Below, in pieces: positions 51,312-62,926 of a stretch of 64,000 nt of DNA. The DNA is from Octopus vulgaris. Lineage: Eukaryota. Positions within the stretch are counted from its first letter, which is position 1, and each line of letters opens with the position of its first letter. The DNA is taken from assembly GCA_951406725.2 (NCBI GenBank), contig OX597822.1, positions 70,618,001 through 70,682,000 on the forward strand. Direction: 5' to 3'. The notes under the pieces were generated by a model. That model had not been told where the DNA came from. It worked only from the letters and a program-made list of their open reading frames with translations, and searched no databases. Made by a program: the position numbers and the translations under genes.

Positions 51312-54054
51312 CTTTTACCAGGAGACTCTTTACATTCTGGTACTTAGAAATTCAAACCCTTTTAAGGGCACACCAGGACTTGTCTTTCTGGAAATCAGGA
51401 AATTGGCACAATCAGGGTTCCTGCCTTTTGTTTCATTGACTTGATTTTTTTCTTCTTAATAATGAAATGGTTTACTTGTTGGAATCAAATGGGTGCTCAT
51501 CTAGCAGAAATGGCAGCTCACCAAGGATAGGGAGGGGTGCCTTGTGGTATTTAGCTATGTCCCTTTGTATTCTGAATTCAAGCCCATATGTGAACAGTGA
51601 TGAAACTACCTGTGATATACTTGTGGGGGAGGTGGGGGGTCATCAGATGTAACACCTTTCGAAAACTGGTTGTTTTGTGCCCTTGTTAGAAATCATTTAA
51701 AAAATTATCGAATAAAATAAATCATTGCAACTACTACTAGTACTACTGCTACTGTTGCTACTGCTGCTGTTGTAAAAGTTGAGAAACTCCACATCTCTTT
51801 CTCTACTTTCAGACCTTATCTAATCTGATATTATTTTAACCAGGTAAGGCTCTAAGCCAAAGGAATTAATTTCCTTCCCAGCTTAAGTAAGCAGTGTAAC
51901 TGCAATGGAAGTTGAGACATATTTTCATCCAAAATAGACAAACATGTTTTTCTCCCTCCTTCCAGTAATTCCAAATAGGAGGTGGTTATAAAAGTTATGT
52001 CTGTAAAATGAGCTGTGTCTGGGCGTAGGATGCGGTCCTTTCTATCTAGCAAACATCTGCCCCTTTATCTATTGAATTAGTTTAATTAATTATCGCTTGT
52101 TATGACTACAAACAATCAGTAGAGCTTGTGTTCTCTTTTTCACAAGAGATTGCTTGCTTATTTGCCTGCCCTTGCTCATTAAACATTATGGAGGGGAAAG
52201 TTGATGGAAGCAAGCTTGCACACGATAATAAATTCTGTGTTGTTCTTCTTTCTCCCCTCCTAGATACACAACTTTGGTTTTCCGTCCTTGAGATGGCTAA
52301 GCTTATCTCAAACACCCAGCAGCCATCCCATTAAGATGAAGCAAGCCCTCAATTATCTGATTTCAATCCTAAAACCCCCCACTAATACCCTTGTCACTGC
52401 TTCTGTCATTTATTGATTTAATTTTCTCTAAACCTGCTATCCGTATAAAACCACGGTCCTTTATATATATATATATATATATATACATATTTTTTTGGTA
52501 TTTCCTTTTTATTTCTTCTCACTTTTCTCCTTAAATGTGCTTTTTCTGATTTTGCTTTTTTTTTTTAATATGAAAATTAAGAGAACAAAAATAATAACAA
52601 ACTATTATTTACACCTGAGAAAGAAATTATTTTACAAAGAAAAAAAACAAAAGCAAAAAAAACCTAGCAATAACAAAGCAACAAATGGCATAAAAAAAAA
52701 GTGTCTGCTTGTCTAATTTATTAAATCAATTTTATAAATTTCTTAACGTTATTTTTCTTTGTGATGCTTTTTTATTTCTCTTGTGAAACATTAACAGATT
52801 TTGTCATTGCTGCAGGTAACTCTGAAGACTAGCAAGATAATCTAGATACGTCTTAATTTTTGTGCACATGCGCACACTCTTTCATCTACATGCATGTACA
52901 TAAAGCTGCTTTTATAATTATTTAAGATTGGAAATTCATCAATATAATGTATTTAGATCTATCCATGCAAGATGTTATTAAAATAATAATCATCATCATC
53001 ATCATTATTATTATTAGAAATCCTTATAATGTAAAAAAATATTATTATTATTATTTCATTATATTCCATTTTGTTCATTGTAATTTCGTTTTCGTTTTGT
53101 TTTTTGTTTCCATCATCTTAATTTTACTTCTGAAGATTTTGCTTTAAGTAAAAATCTACATCTTCATTCCTTTAAGTGTTATTGTAATAATTAACCACAC
53201 CTCCTTCCCTGCCTCATCCCAAACCACACTCAACATTGTCTGTTCCTGCTATTAGTCACATTGTCCAAGGAGACTAATATGCGATTCCGTTTCAACTAAT
53301 ACAGACACGTCGCCTGCCCTCCTACCACTCCCATATTACACCTATGTGTCTGTTGATTCCTTTGGTTTCTTCTGTTTTCTTGTGACTTATTCCAAAGGTA
53401 TTTTTTTTTGCATAGTCAAGGATTCCTTAAGTGTTATATTTTATATTGCATTGGCCGTTTCTCTCTATTGATTTGTGTGCGTCCGCTTTCAGTCTTTTAT
53501 AGCATTTCTCTTCCAGTTTTTACCCCTCCCTGTCTCCAGTGCCATGATAGCAGAGTGAACGCAGCTTATTTTATTGCCCTACTCTGTATAGAGATCGATG
53601 GTAGCAGGGTTGGTGGCGATAGCTATGGTTATGGTGTACGTGTGCATTACATAGGTATGAATGCGTGTGTGTGTATGCATGTATGGGTATATTTGGTGGT
53701 GCGGGGGATTTTATCTATAAAGACATAGCTCTGTTTGTATTTGTATCGGCTGACTGATTCTTGTGGTTAACTGCAGTTCATATATAGTTCAATGGTGGGG
53801 AAAACTCGGCTAACATGGTAGATTTCTGCTTCTGTTTGCCTTGCTGAATACAAACTGTTCAGAATTCTGGAGATGGGCGAGAGGTGCAGGTTTACTTAAT
53901 TTAGCTGTAAATTCCAATTTCACTGACAAAAGTCTGTTGGATGAGATGTTTAAGAATTGCAAAGTTACTGGAAATAAGTTCGAATTCTTACAGACATGAA
54001 GTGTTTCATTGTGCTACTTCTTGATTTTCCTTACTAGTCGGGTATTTGAATAAC

Positions 54055-54226
54055 CATCATCATCATCGTTTAACGTCCATTTTCCATGCTAGCATGGTTT
54101 GGATGGTTCGACCGAGGTCTGGGAAGCCAGGAGGCTGCACCAGGCTCCAGTCTGATCTGGCAGTGTTTCTACAGCTGGATGCCCTTCCTAACGCCAACCA
54201 CTCCGTGAGTGTAGTGGGTGCTTTTT
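54055..54226 (-). mobile_element. RTE LINE 3' UTR fragment
   Basis: (cat)n cgtttaacgtcc...tttctacagctggatgcccttcctaacgccaacc is the reverse of the 2350-2516 block. Confidence 0.85.
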
Positions 54227-54384
54227 AATATATAATATAACAGGAAAAACACTTGATGCTCCAGATATGTTTTGGCTTCAGCATTTCTCCATAATTTTTC
54301 CACTATGAACCCCTCTGATTGCTATTTGACTCAGATGGACCCTCATGGCCATTTGATGTTTCAAAAAAATCCTACTTTTATCAT

Positions 54385-54900
54385 AATCATCATCATCATC
54401 ATTTAACCTTTTTGTTACCAACCCGACTCTGGTTCCAGCTCTGAGTACAAATGTCTTGTTTTCATAAGTTTGAATTAAAATCTTCCACCAAGCCTTAGTC
54501 ACACTATCTTAATGATAACTAAGTTATTTTACTAAATTCTTTAGTATATTTAAAGTACTTGAAAGAAACACAGAGCATCTCAAAATAAATACGATAATGA
54601 AAGGGTTAATGACATGAGTTGGACAATTTGATCAGGGTTGGTAAGCTGAGGGTCTACACCAGACTCCAGTCTGATTAAGCATGGTTTCTACAGCTGGATG
54701 CCCTTCCTAATGCCAAACTACTTCGAGAGTGTAATAGGTGCTTTTACATTCCACTGGCACAGGTGCCAGTTGTGCGACACCAGTATCTGCCACGGTTACG
54801 ATTTCACTTGGCTTGATGGGTCTTCTATTCAAGCGCAGTTTATTGCCAAAGGCCTCAGTCATTTGTCATTGCTTCTATGAGGCCCAATGCTTGAAAGGTG
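54385..54900 (-). mobile_element. RTE LINE 3' end, interrupted by a TTAA MITE
   Basis: (cat)n tail at 54385-54402 and body at 54610-54900 (tttctacagctggatgcccttcct; gggtcttctattcaagc). Confidence 0.75.
54407..54605 (+). mobile_element. TTAA-flanked (piggyBac-type) MITE, ~200 bp
   Basis: TTAA (54403-54406) CCTTTTTGTTACC ... GATAATGAAAGGG TTAA (54606-54609). Confidence 0.8.
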
Positions 54901-55009
54901 GTTTTAGATATTATTAAGAATTGTATTTAAAAAAAAAGTTCTGAAAATATTTTGTGCATTGCAGAAGTATATCCAATTTATTGGAAATAACTTTTAGCAA
55001 CAGCATCTT

Positions 55010-55052
55010 ATATGGACCCCTAAGGGTCATGTGGACCCAGGCTGACAACCCT
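55010..55052. mobile_element. hAT MITE terminal remnant
   Basis: ggacccc..gggtc..ggaccc subterminal palindromes, then gacaacccttg|gtctaga. Confidence 0.4.
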
Positions 55053-55387
55053 TGGTCTAGATTAAGTTTGTAATAGGTGGTACAGGATCATTTAAGCGTA
55101 ATTTTTCTCTTTTCTGTCCTAATTTATATTTAGCTGCCTAAAATCTCAGTAAGTGAATTGAACTTGTAAGAAATGAGTGTGTGTGGACATGGATGCATGG
55201 TAGTGCTTGTCATGTAACATGAAATATCCACCAGTCACTTGGTGGTCTTACACTCTCTCTGCTCGGACATTTTCATTCCTCAACCATCAAAAGAATCAAT
55301 GCTGTCCTTTGTTTTCCAAATTGGAGCAGTTGCCATAGTTAGACATTGTCATGTTTGTTTAAAAAAAAAAAATTTTTTTTTTTTACA

Positions 55388-55740
55388 TTGGCTGTGTGGT
55401 AAGTAGCTTGCTTACCAACCACATGGTTCCAGGTTTGGTCCCACTGCATGGCACCTTGGGCAAGTGTCTTCTACTATAGCCTCGGGCCGACCAAGCCTTG
55501 AGTGGATTTGGTAGGCGGGTGTGTGTATATGTTTGTATGTCTGTGTTTGACCCCCAACATTGCTTGACAACTGATGCTGGTGTGTTTACATCCCTGTAAC
55601 TTAGCAGTTCGGCATAAGAGACCGCTAGAATAAGTACTAGACTTACAAAGAAAAAGTCCTGGGGTCGATTTGCTCGACTAAAAGGTGGTACGCCAGCATG
55701 GCCGCAGTCAAATGACTGAAACAAGTAAAAGGATAAAAGA
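55388..55740 (+). mobile_element. SINE family A
   Basis: tggctgtgtggtaagtagcttgc through gactgaaacaagtaaaagga. Confidence 0.92.
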
Positions 55741-56109
55741 GAGTGCCTCTGTAGGTTGTAAATTCAGGGCACCAGTAGCAGCGGTAGTGCCACTACTACT
55801 ACTACTACTACCACCACCACCACCACCATCACTACTACCATTTAACATTTGATTCCCAATGCTAGCCTGACTGGATTGGTCTTGTGCCATCTCACCATCT
55901 GTTTCAGCCCTTCACCACAAGCAGAAGAATGATAGATATATCAGACAAAGACACTTACTGGGTTCAAATCATATATTATCCTCTTTCTCTGGATATCCCC
56001 CCCCCCCCCACACCTAGCTAGTTTAGGTGGCATTAAACTCTACTTTTATATTTATATTATATATATACATGCACATACATATGTGTGTATATATATATAT
56101 ATGAATATA

Positions 56110-56407
56110 TGACGGACTTTCCCTGTCAAAGACGATGTATCAGTTGTCAGCTTTTGCTGAATGACCAGCACAAATGATTTGTTTATAGTGATCAAATGTA
56201 TGTGCTGTATATTAGCTCACTTCCCCCCCCCCCCATCTCATCATGTTGACATTGCCTGGACAGGTGCATGGTATGCCATGTGTCAGGTGTCTTAAGTGAT
56301 TGCAGAGCAATGTTAGATGAGTGTTTTTGCTCAAGAGCACAGCACACCAGGAATTGAAACTACGATTTCCTGATCGTGAGTACAACACCCTTGCCACTAG
56401 GCCATCC
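56110..56407 (-). mobile_element. tRNA-derived SINE with D-type head and a different body
   Basis: Minus strand has A box TGGCCTAGTGG, B-box-like GTTTCAATTCC and CORE-like tcttgagcaaaaacact. Confidence 0.7.
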
Positions 56408-56410
56408 TTC

Positions 56411-56485
<75 letters not shown>

Positions 56486-56623
56486 TCTGTGTTAAATGAA
56501 GAAATGGTGACAATGAAAATTCTGTAAATATGCTTAAAGCTTATAATACACACACAGACAGGTACACACACAGACAGAGACAGGTACACACACACACACA
56601 CAGACACACACACACACACACAC

Positions 56624-56671
<48 letters not shown>

Positions 56672-56811
56672 GGGGCTGACAACTTTTGGATACAACTATT
56701 TTTAAATGACTTTGCTGCAGATGAAATATTGGGGTTTATAACGGTTGTTCTGGCTAATTTGCCTGTTTTAGATAGGTGTCTGGCTAACCCTTACACTATT
56801 TCTGTACATAG

Positions 56812-56822
56812 TTACATGTAGG
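56812..56822 (+). CDS. Candidate 11-nt microexon TTACATGTAGG (phase 1 to 0)
   Basis: Branch gCTAAC at 56783-56788, pyrimidine tract, catAG acceptor, donor GG|GTAAGA. Confidence 0.35.
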
Positions 56823-57429
56823 GTAAGAAGAAGAGGACATTTGTAACACACACACACGAAAGTGGTAAACGCACCAGTGCCAATTATAGCATTGATTTGA
56901 ACAATTTTTCACTACATTTCTTCTTCCCCCATCTTCCCTTGCTTACAGAACTGGCTTTATCTTGTCACACTGTCATGTAAACATGATCTGCTTCTCAGCT
57001 GGGTTTTTTTTTTGTTGCAGTCTTCTCTCACTCATGTCACTGCTTGCTTACTTACATCTGTTGTAAACGTTCATCACAATCTTCAACATCAAAAATAAAA
57101 ACAAAGAAAAAAATATCCTTTCTCTCCACTTTGCAATGTACACACACACACACACACATGTACTCACAAGCACTTGTCCATATATACTCACACCTAGACA
57201 CAAATACAAAATGAGCACACATGTGCACACACACACACAGCTTTGTGGTTAAGAAGCTTGCTTTGTAACCACATGGTTTCAGGTTCAATCCTATTTGTGT
57301 AGCAGACCCACTCAATACACCCATATCTTCAGAGCGTTTCACTTCCCAGATCTAGGACAAAACGCTACACCCCAATCCTTCACTTTCTAATTTCTAACAT
57401 AACCCTTACTGTCTATGCTTTTCCTGCAG

Positions 57430-57513
57430 ACATCGATCCACGGGGTCCATAGGACCTGTGGTTGTCTGGACAAACATCGACATCAATTAAACCACTCTTA
57501 CCAGTATAGAAAG
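57430..57513 (+). CDS. Candidate 84-nt exon (TSIHGVHRTCGCLDKHRHQLNHSYQYRK, phase 0 to 0)
   Basis: Branch tCTAAC near 57392, strong tgcttttcctgcAG acceptor, only frame 0 open, donor AAG|GTCAGG. Confidence 0.35.
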
Positions 57514-58483
57514 GTCAGGGGCACTATTCTTTCCACCTGTCATTAGAAAAGTGTTTGTGATGACGATGATGATTATGAGAGAAGTGGTGCTGATTTTGAA
57601 GAGGTTCACACAGCTTTAGGTGATTAGCCCTATTGTGCAATGATAACTAATTGCTGCAAGGTTTGGGGTTGGGATATTTCTGTGTTGTTAATGTGGTTAG
57701 GTGCTTAGGATGTCCATAGTGTCTGTCCCTACAATTTAGTGTCTCTATTTATTTCAAGCATTGTACTCCATTCTCAATTTATGATGTGTGTGTTGACGGG
57801 AGAGGGCGATGGATAATTAAACAATACTGAAGACAGGTGGCATATTTTAAGCATGTCTGTTATAAAAATGGTATAATAAAGACTTGCTTGCTTCCAGCTG
57901 AAAACCTATATTTTTTTCTTTTGCCTCTGCTTGGCAAGGTCATTTTTCTAATAGAATTCCATCAATCTCGCTCCTTTCCTCCTTCCATCATTATTCTCAA
58001 AGGGTTAGATAATCTCCAGAGATTGTTAGTTGAAGAGTAGGGGTCTCCACCCCGCTCCCCTTTTTTTGTTGTTGTCTACTCTCCTGCACTTCTTGTCACA
58101 ATATCCCACATGTAATTAGTCCCTCCTCATGCTCTCTCTCCTTCTCCCTCTATCTCCCTCTTGCTTCTTTCCAGATCTCATCACTCACATATAACACTTT
58201 CCTTTCTATTGTCCTGACATAGGGCTAGCTAGTCTATAACCACAGCTCTTCTCTACTTTCACACTTTGTCAGCTCTATTCATTTTCTCATTAAACTAGTC
58301 TATCCAGACGCCCCTTCCTCACCTTGCCCTGTCCTGCCTCTCCATTTCTTCCCACCTGCTGACCTCGTTCCCTGTCTTCCACTCCCCTCAGAGTGGGGCA
58401 TGGTATGTGACACCACACTGGGTGTGCCGTGTGTGTGGCTGGAGAAGAAGACACTTAAGCTTCACTTACTTTTCTCTTACTTG

Positions 58484-58515
<32 letters not shown>

Positions 58516-59119
58516 AAAATCTTATATATTTGATACCTGTCTCATTGGTTCCCCATCCACTCCCCACTCTTCATCATCATCTTACTGTTGTCTGTGTTTT
58601 ACCACAACACTCCTTCCCCCTCCCCCCTTCTTGCTCCCTTAAGAGCTCTCCCTCCCCCCAAACAGTTATCATTATTTACTATCAATTTTATGAGCCCCAC
58701 AAGATTTAATTAATGTCACTTCAACAATGTTTCACTTTCCTTCATTTGTTTCTGCGGAAAACAAAAGCAAGAAGCAACAGAAAAAGAAAAAGTTTATCTT
58801 ACCTTGTTACTTCTCTTTCTTTTCACTTTGTTGTTTGTTTTTTTATTTTTTTATTTTATATTTCTCACCCACACCACCACCACCACCACCTCTGTGGAGT
58901 ATTATAGGAAAAAATTTTCCATTTTTTTTCTTCTTATTCTTAAATTTTGTAATGATACAATATGTCCAGCATTATTTATTGCATTGAATACTAGTTTAAT
59001 TCCTACTTTAGCATCATTTAATGATTAGGTTTGTGTCACTTTGGCCTGTTGTGAGAAATTCCTACACACTACCTGATAAGTCATTATATCATATCACAGT
59101 ATCACATTATGGACCAAGC

Positions 59120-59410
59120 CATCAGATGTTATACATCACTGATTACAATGCACTTCCAATTCTGTATTGATTGTGCCATTCTTTTCGATGTTGACCCAAA
59201 TTCCTTAACTGAATCACTTCCCCTGCCACTCCATCATGGCAGAAGCCTTCCAAGTGGCCTTTTCTGACCTCTTGGTTACACCTTGGCAACTGCATGAGTC
59301 TTCTTGTTCTCTGTGAACCTTATAACATGTCCAACCCAGCAAAACTTATGCTTTCGGTACTCTGTCATCACATCGTTCACTCTGCTCCATTCTTGCAGTC
59401 ATTATAACAT
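59120..59410 (-). mobile_element. Old RTE LINE fragment
   Basis: Minus strand translates WVGHVIRFTENKKTHAVAK..PRGQKRPLGR, matching the RTE WAGHVxR...WxP...KRPxGRP motif. Confidence 0.75.
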
Positions 59411-59832
59411 ATAAAATTACTGGGTACCCTTCTTAGTGCCAACCAATTTACAGCATGTACTGGGTGCTTTTTTTTTTTTTTTTTTTTTTTGGTTTTGTGT
59501 CACCAGCACCAGAGAGGTTGCCATGCAGCTTGCAAGGTTACAAGTCCCAAGGGAGTGGGGGCACCTTTCTGCTTGGAGATAATTAGAAGAGAGTGGTAAA
59601 GTATGAAAGAAAGGGGCTGGGACAGAATGGGTTTCTTGCTGTAAAGTAGCTATATGACTACTCACGTTTTGGAAGAGAGGCTGCTGTGTCAATTTTCCCT
59701 ACTAGTATGGGCTGGGTGGTGAATGTGTGTGTGTGTGTGGGGGGGCACACACACACACACAGATATATATATGGACCATTGGCGATTTTTTTCTTCCGTC
59801 TTCCTTTTCTCTTGGACTTTCCTTTGTCTCCT

Positions 59833-59867
59833 GTTTCTGAAGAAGAGCTTTGCTAGAAACATAAAAC
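59833..59867 (+). ncRNA. Decayed minimal type I hammerhead ribozyme (Penelope-type)
   Basis: GTTT-CTGAAGA-A-GAGC-TTT-GCTA-GAAA-CATA-AAAC: stem I GTTT/AAAC, core boxes CUGANGA and GAAA, stem II hairpin. Two substitutions from the expected GCTC-GAAACGTA. Confidence 0.55.
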
Positions 59868-61670
59868 CACCTTTCTTTCCTTCCCTGAACGTCTGCTAAT
59901 ACTTTGCATGTACCACATCCTTGTATTGTTGCTTTTTTCTTGTGTTCTTTCATTTTTTGGGGTGGGGGATTAATTATATACATATATATATAAGCTGTTG
60001 TGTCTAGGGAGAGTCATTCTCTTTTTGTACCTTATAATTTAACACACTCACTGGTAAAATTTTCACTCATTCCCTTCTTTATTTTTCTATAATTTCCCTT
60101 GTGTCTTGCAACCTTTTCAATAGTTGTTGATTCCCATATATAAATATATATTTGTGTGTGTGTGTGTGAGTGTGTGTATGTATGTATGTATGTATGTTGT
60201 ATGTATGTATGTATGTATGTAGGCATACACACACACACAGACAGGATACCACTCACACCTAGACTCGCATACATAGAAAAACATTCACAATCACCCAACC
60301 CTTGTTAATTTTAGCTTTTATGCCCATAGTTAACATATATTTTCATTATGTGTGCAATATATATATTATACTATGCACATACACCAAAGCATAAAAACAG
60401 GAAGAGAGAGAGAGAAAAGCTTTATGACATAGTTTTAGTTCATATTTAGTTTTGAAATATTAAAAAAAAAGAAGAAAGGAAAAAACAAGACTTTTTTTCT
60501 TTATTTTTTCCGTGTGCGTAACTATTTGTTTTCCGAAAATTCTTTATTACAAAATTGTTTTCCTACTTGCTAATGATGTTTGGTAGAACTGATAACCATG
60601 TAGTCTTGTGTGTGTCTCCATATCATCCTCCTACTCATCATCATCAGTCAAAATGAGATATATCAATTATATTAATGTGCTTGGTTGTGGTGGTGGTGCG
60701 TGTGTGTGTTTGTGTGTGTGTACATGTCTGTGTGCCTGCTATTGTTATCACACTCCACTGTTAACCATATGTAACCTATATGTAACACACACACACACAG
60801 ATGGTAATATCTCATTTTACAAATTAGGAACACCTCAGCTGAGGATTGAACTTTATACCCTTCCGTTAAAGTATCTGGAGGATGGGTGATCAGCTAATGA
60901 TATGTTTGTTAATGATAAGCACAAACAACATCTCTCTCTCTCTACCCCATCCTCGTCTCTTCAGCAAATGAAGATGCTTATCAGTTTCCCAGCATGTACA
61001 ACTAACTGCCTTTGCTGCTTCCATCCCTTAATTATCTAGCTCGCTTGTTTGTTTTTATGTTTAGATCATATCAGCTTCTGATCTTTTGTATGTTGAATGA
61101 TATTTTGACTGCTCAATTCCCACTAGTATTATAAAAGTCATTATAGAAATCATGTTGGAGGGAAGAATGACAACGTGCATGCATGTGTGTGTTTGTTTCC
61201 ATATGCGTGGCGTCTATTAAAGATGCAGACATCATCATCGTTGTTGTCGTTGCCACCACTGCCGCTGTCACCACTGCTATTATTGCTGCCACCGCCGTTG
61301 TCATTGTCATTGGATCCTACTTCTGATCATTAAATGATGATCTCATCGTAATTAATAATTCAGTTAGTCACAACTGCTGGTTGTATTAGTTGAAAATCCT
61401 TGCTTCTTGTCCGAGCAGGAAGGTTAAAAGTGTAGCTGAAGGGACAAGAGGGAGAACATCCGTGGACGGTGCTTCAGTTTTGCAGTGTTGTTAGTTGTAA
61501 CATGAGACTAGGAAATTAATGATACTGTCCGCAGTTGAAACCACAGGGAGATCTGAGCAGGAGGCGTTGATACAATTTGTGATGTAACTTATTCCAGAGA
61601 GAACGATTGAAATCTAGTTCATGGAAGTCATGTTGTCCTTTGAATTATATAATCTTTTATACATTTCAGT

Positions 61671-61974
61671 GTTGAGGCACATGGCCTAGTGGTTAGAGCA
61701 GCGGACTCGCGGTCGAGGGATTGTGGGTTTGAATCTCACACCGGGTGATGTGTGTGTTTATGAGTGAAATACCTAAGCTCCATGTAGCTCTGGCAGACGG
61801 TAATGGCGAACTTCTGCTGACTCTTTTGCCATAACTTTCTCTCACTCTTTTCTCTGGCATCTTGCAGCTCACCTGTGACGGACCGGCGTCCTGTCCAAGT
61901 GCGGAACTTATGTGCTAAGGAAACCGGGAAACCGGCCCTTGTGATCCAGGCATGGCTCGAGAAGGAACAAGCAA
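61671..61974 (+). mobile_element. tRNA-derived SINE family E with MetaSINE-like central domain
   Basis: A box TGGCCTAGTGG, B box GGTTTGAATCT, block cctgtgacggaccggcgtcctgtcca...gaaaccgg. Perfect 12-bp TSD atacatttcagt (61659-61670 / 61975-61986). Confidence 0.88.
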
Positions 61975-62290
61975 ATACATTTCAGTACCGATTCTAGTTT
62001 GGTACTTATTTGTGTGTGTGTGTGTGTGTGTGTACAAGTATGTAAATGTGTGTATGACAAGCTTCCACATAATCCCCATCTGAGATTAACAGTTACAGGG
62101 CTTTTGTTAAGGGTACCGTGATCTAGAATTGTACTCAGAATGTTAGTTCCTCAATAACCATTTCTAGAGCACCAACAATTGGCTCTATCTCTGCCAATTT
62201 GTTGATATCATTATATATGCCATTGCAGACATCCTGGAAGTTTCTTCTATGGATGATGAAGTCATTTCTATTCTTAAAGTATATATTCTG

Positions 62291-62657
62291 TATTCTTTTG
62301 CTTGTTTCAGTCATTTGAGCAAATTGACCCCAGGACTTATTCTTTGTAAGCCTAGCACTTATTCTATTGGTCTCTTTTGCCGAACTGCTAAGTTATGGGT
62401 ACGTGAACACACCAGCATTGGTTGTCAAGCAATGTTGCAGGGACAAACACAGATACACAAACAAACAAACACACGCGGACACACACATACACGTACAGCA
62501 GGCTTCTTTCAGTTTTCTTCTACCACATCCATTCACAAGGCTTTGGTTGGCCTGAGGCGATAGTAGAAGACACTTACCGAAGGTGCCACGCAGTGGAACA
62601 GAACCTAGAACCATGTGGTCAATAAGCAAGCTACTTACCACACAACCACTCCTGAAC
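62291..62657 (-). mobile_element. SINE family A (part of local duplication, copy 1)
   Basis: Reverse consensus, followed by a + strand RTE 3' fragment at 62685-62770. Confidence 0.9.
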
Positions 62658-62774
62658 CTATGGATCACTTTTATTATTTTCAGGCCGGCCCCATGGAGCC
62701 AATGACCAAAACCTTTGGCATTATGTTGTGCTTGAAAAGAAGACCCATCAAGCTGAGCAAAATCACAGTTTAAA

Positions 62775-62926
62775 TTAGGGGTAGAACTCATTTTTGCTAG
62801 CCGAGTGGACTGGAGAAATATGAAATAAAGTGTCTTGCTCAAGGACACGATGTTCCATCAGGAATTGAACTCACACTATTACAATATCAGCCAACTACCC
62901 TAATCACTAACTCATGTGCCTTCACA
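62775..62926 (-). mobile_element. SINE family D head fragment
   Basis: Minus strand reads gagttcaattcc...gtgtccttgagcaagacactttatttc. Confidence 0.75.

Noticed and set aside
51787-51797. CTCCACATCT, complementary to part of exon 50643 (possible editing-complementary sequence)
   Set aside because: A 10-nt match to a ~100-nt exon is expected several times by chance in this window, and it does not extend.
57056-57080. Minus-strand 25-nt exon-like segment (T-rich tract, gaAG, GAT|GTAAGT)
   Set aside because: Isolated, with no chain of compatible minus-strand exons. It shows that splice-like pairs occur by chance and tempers confidence in the weaker + strand candidates.
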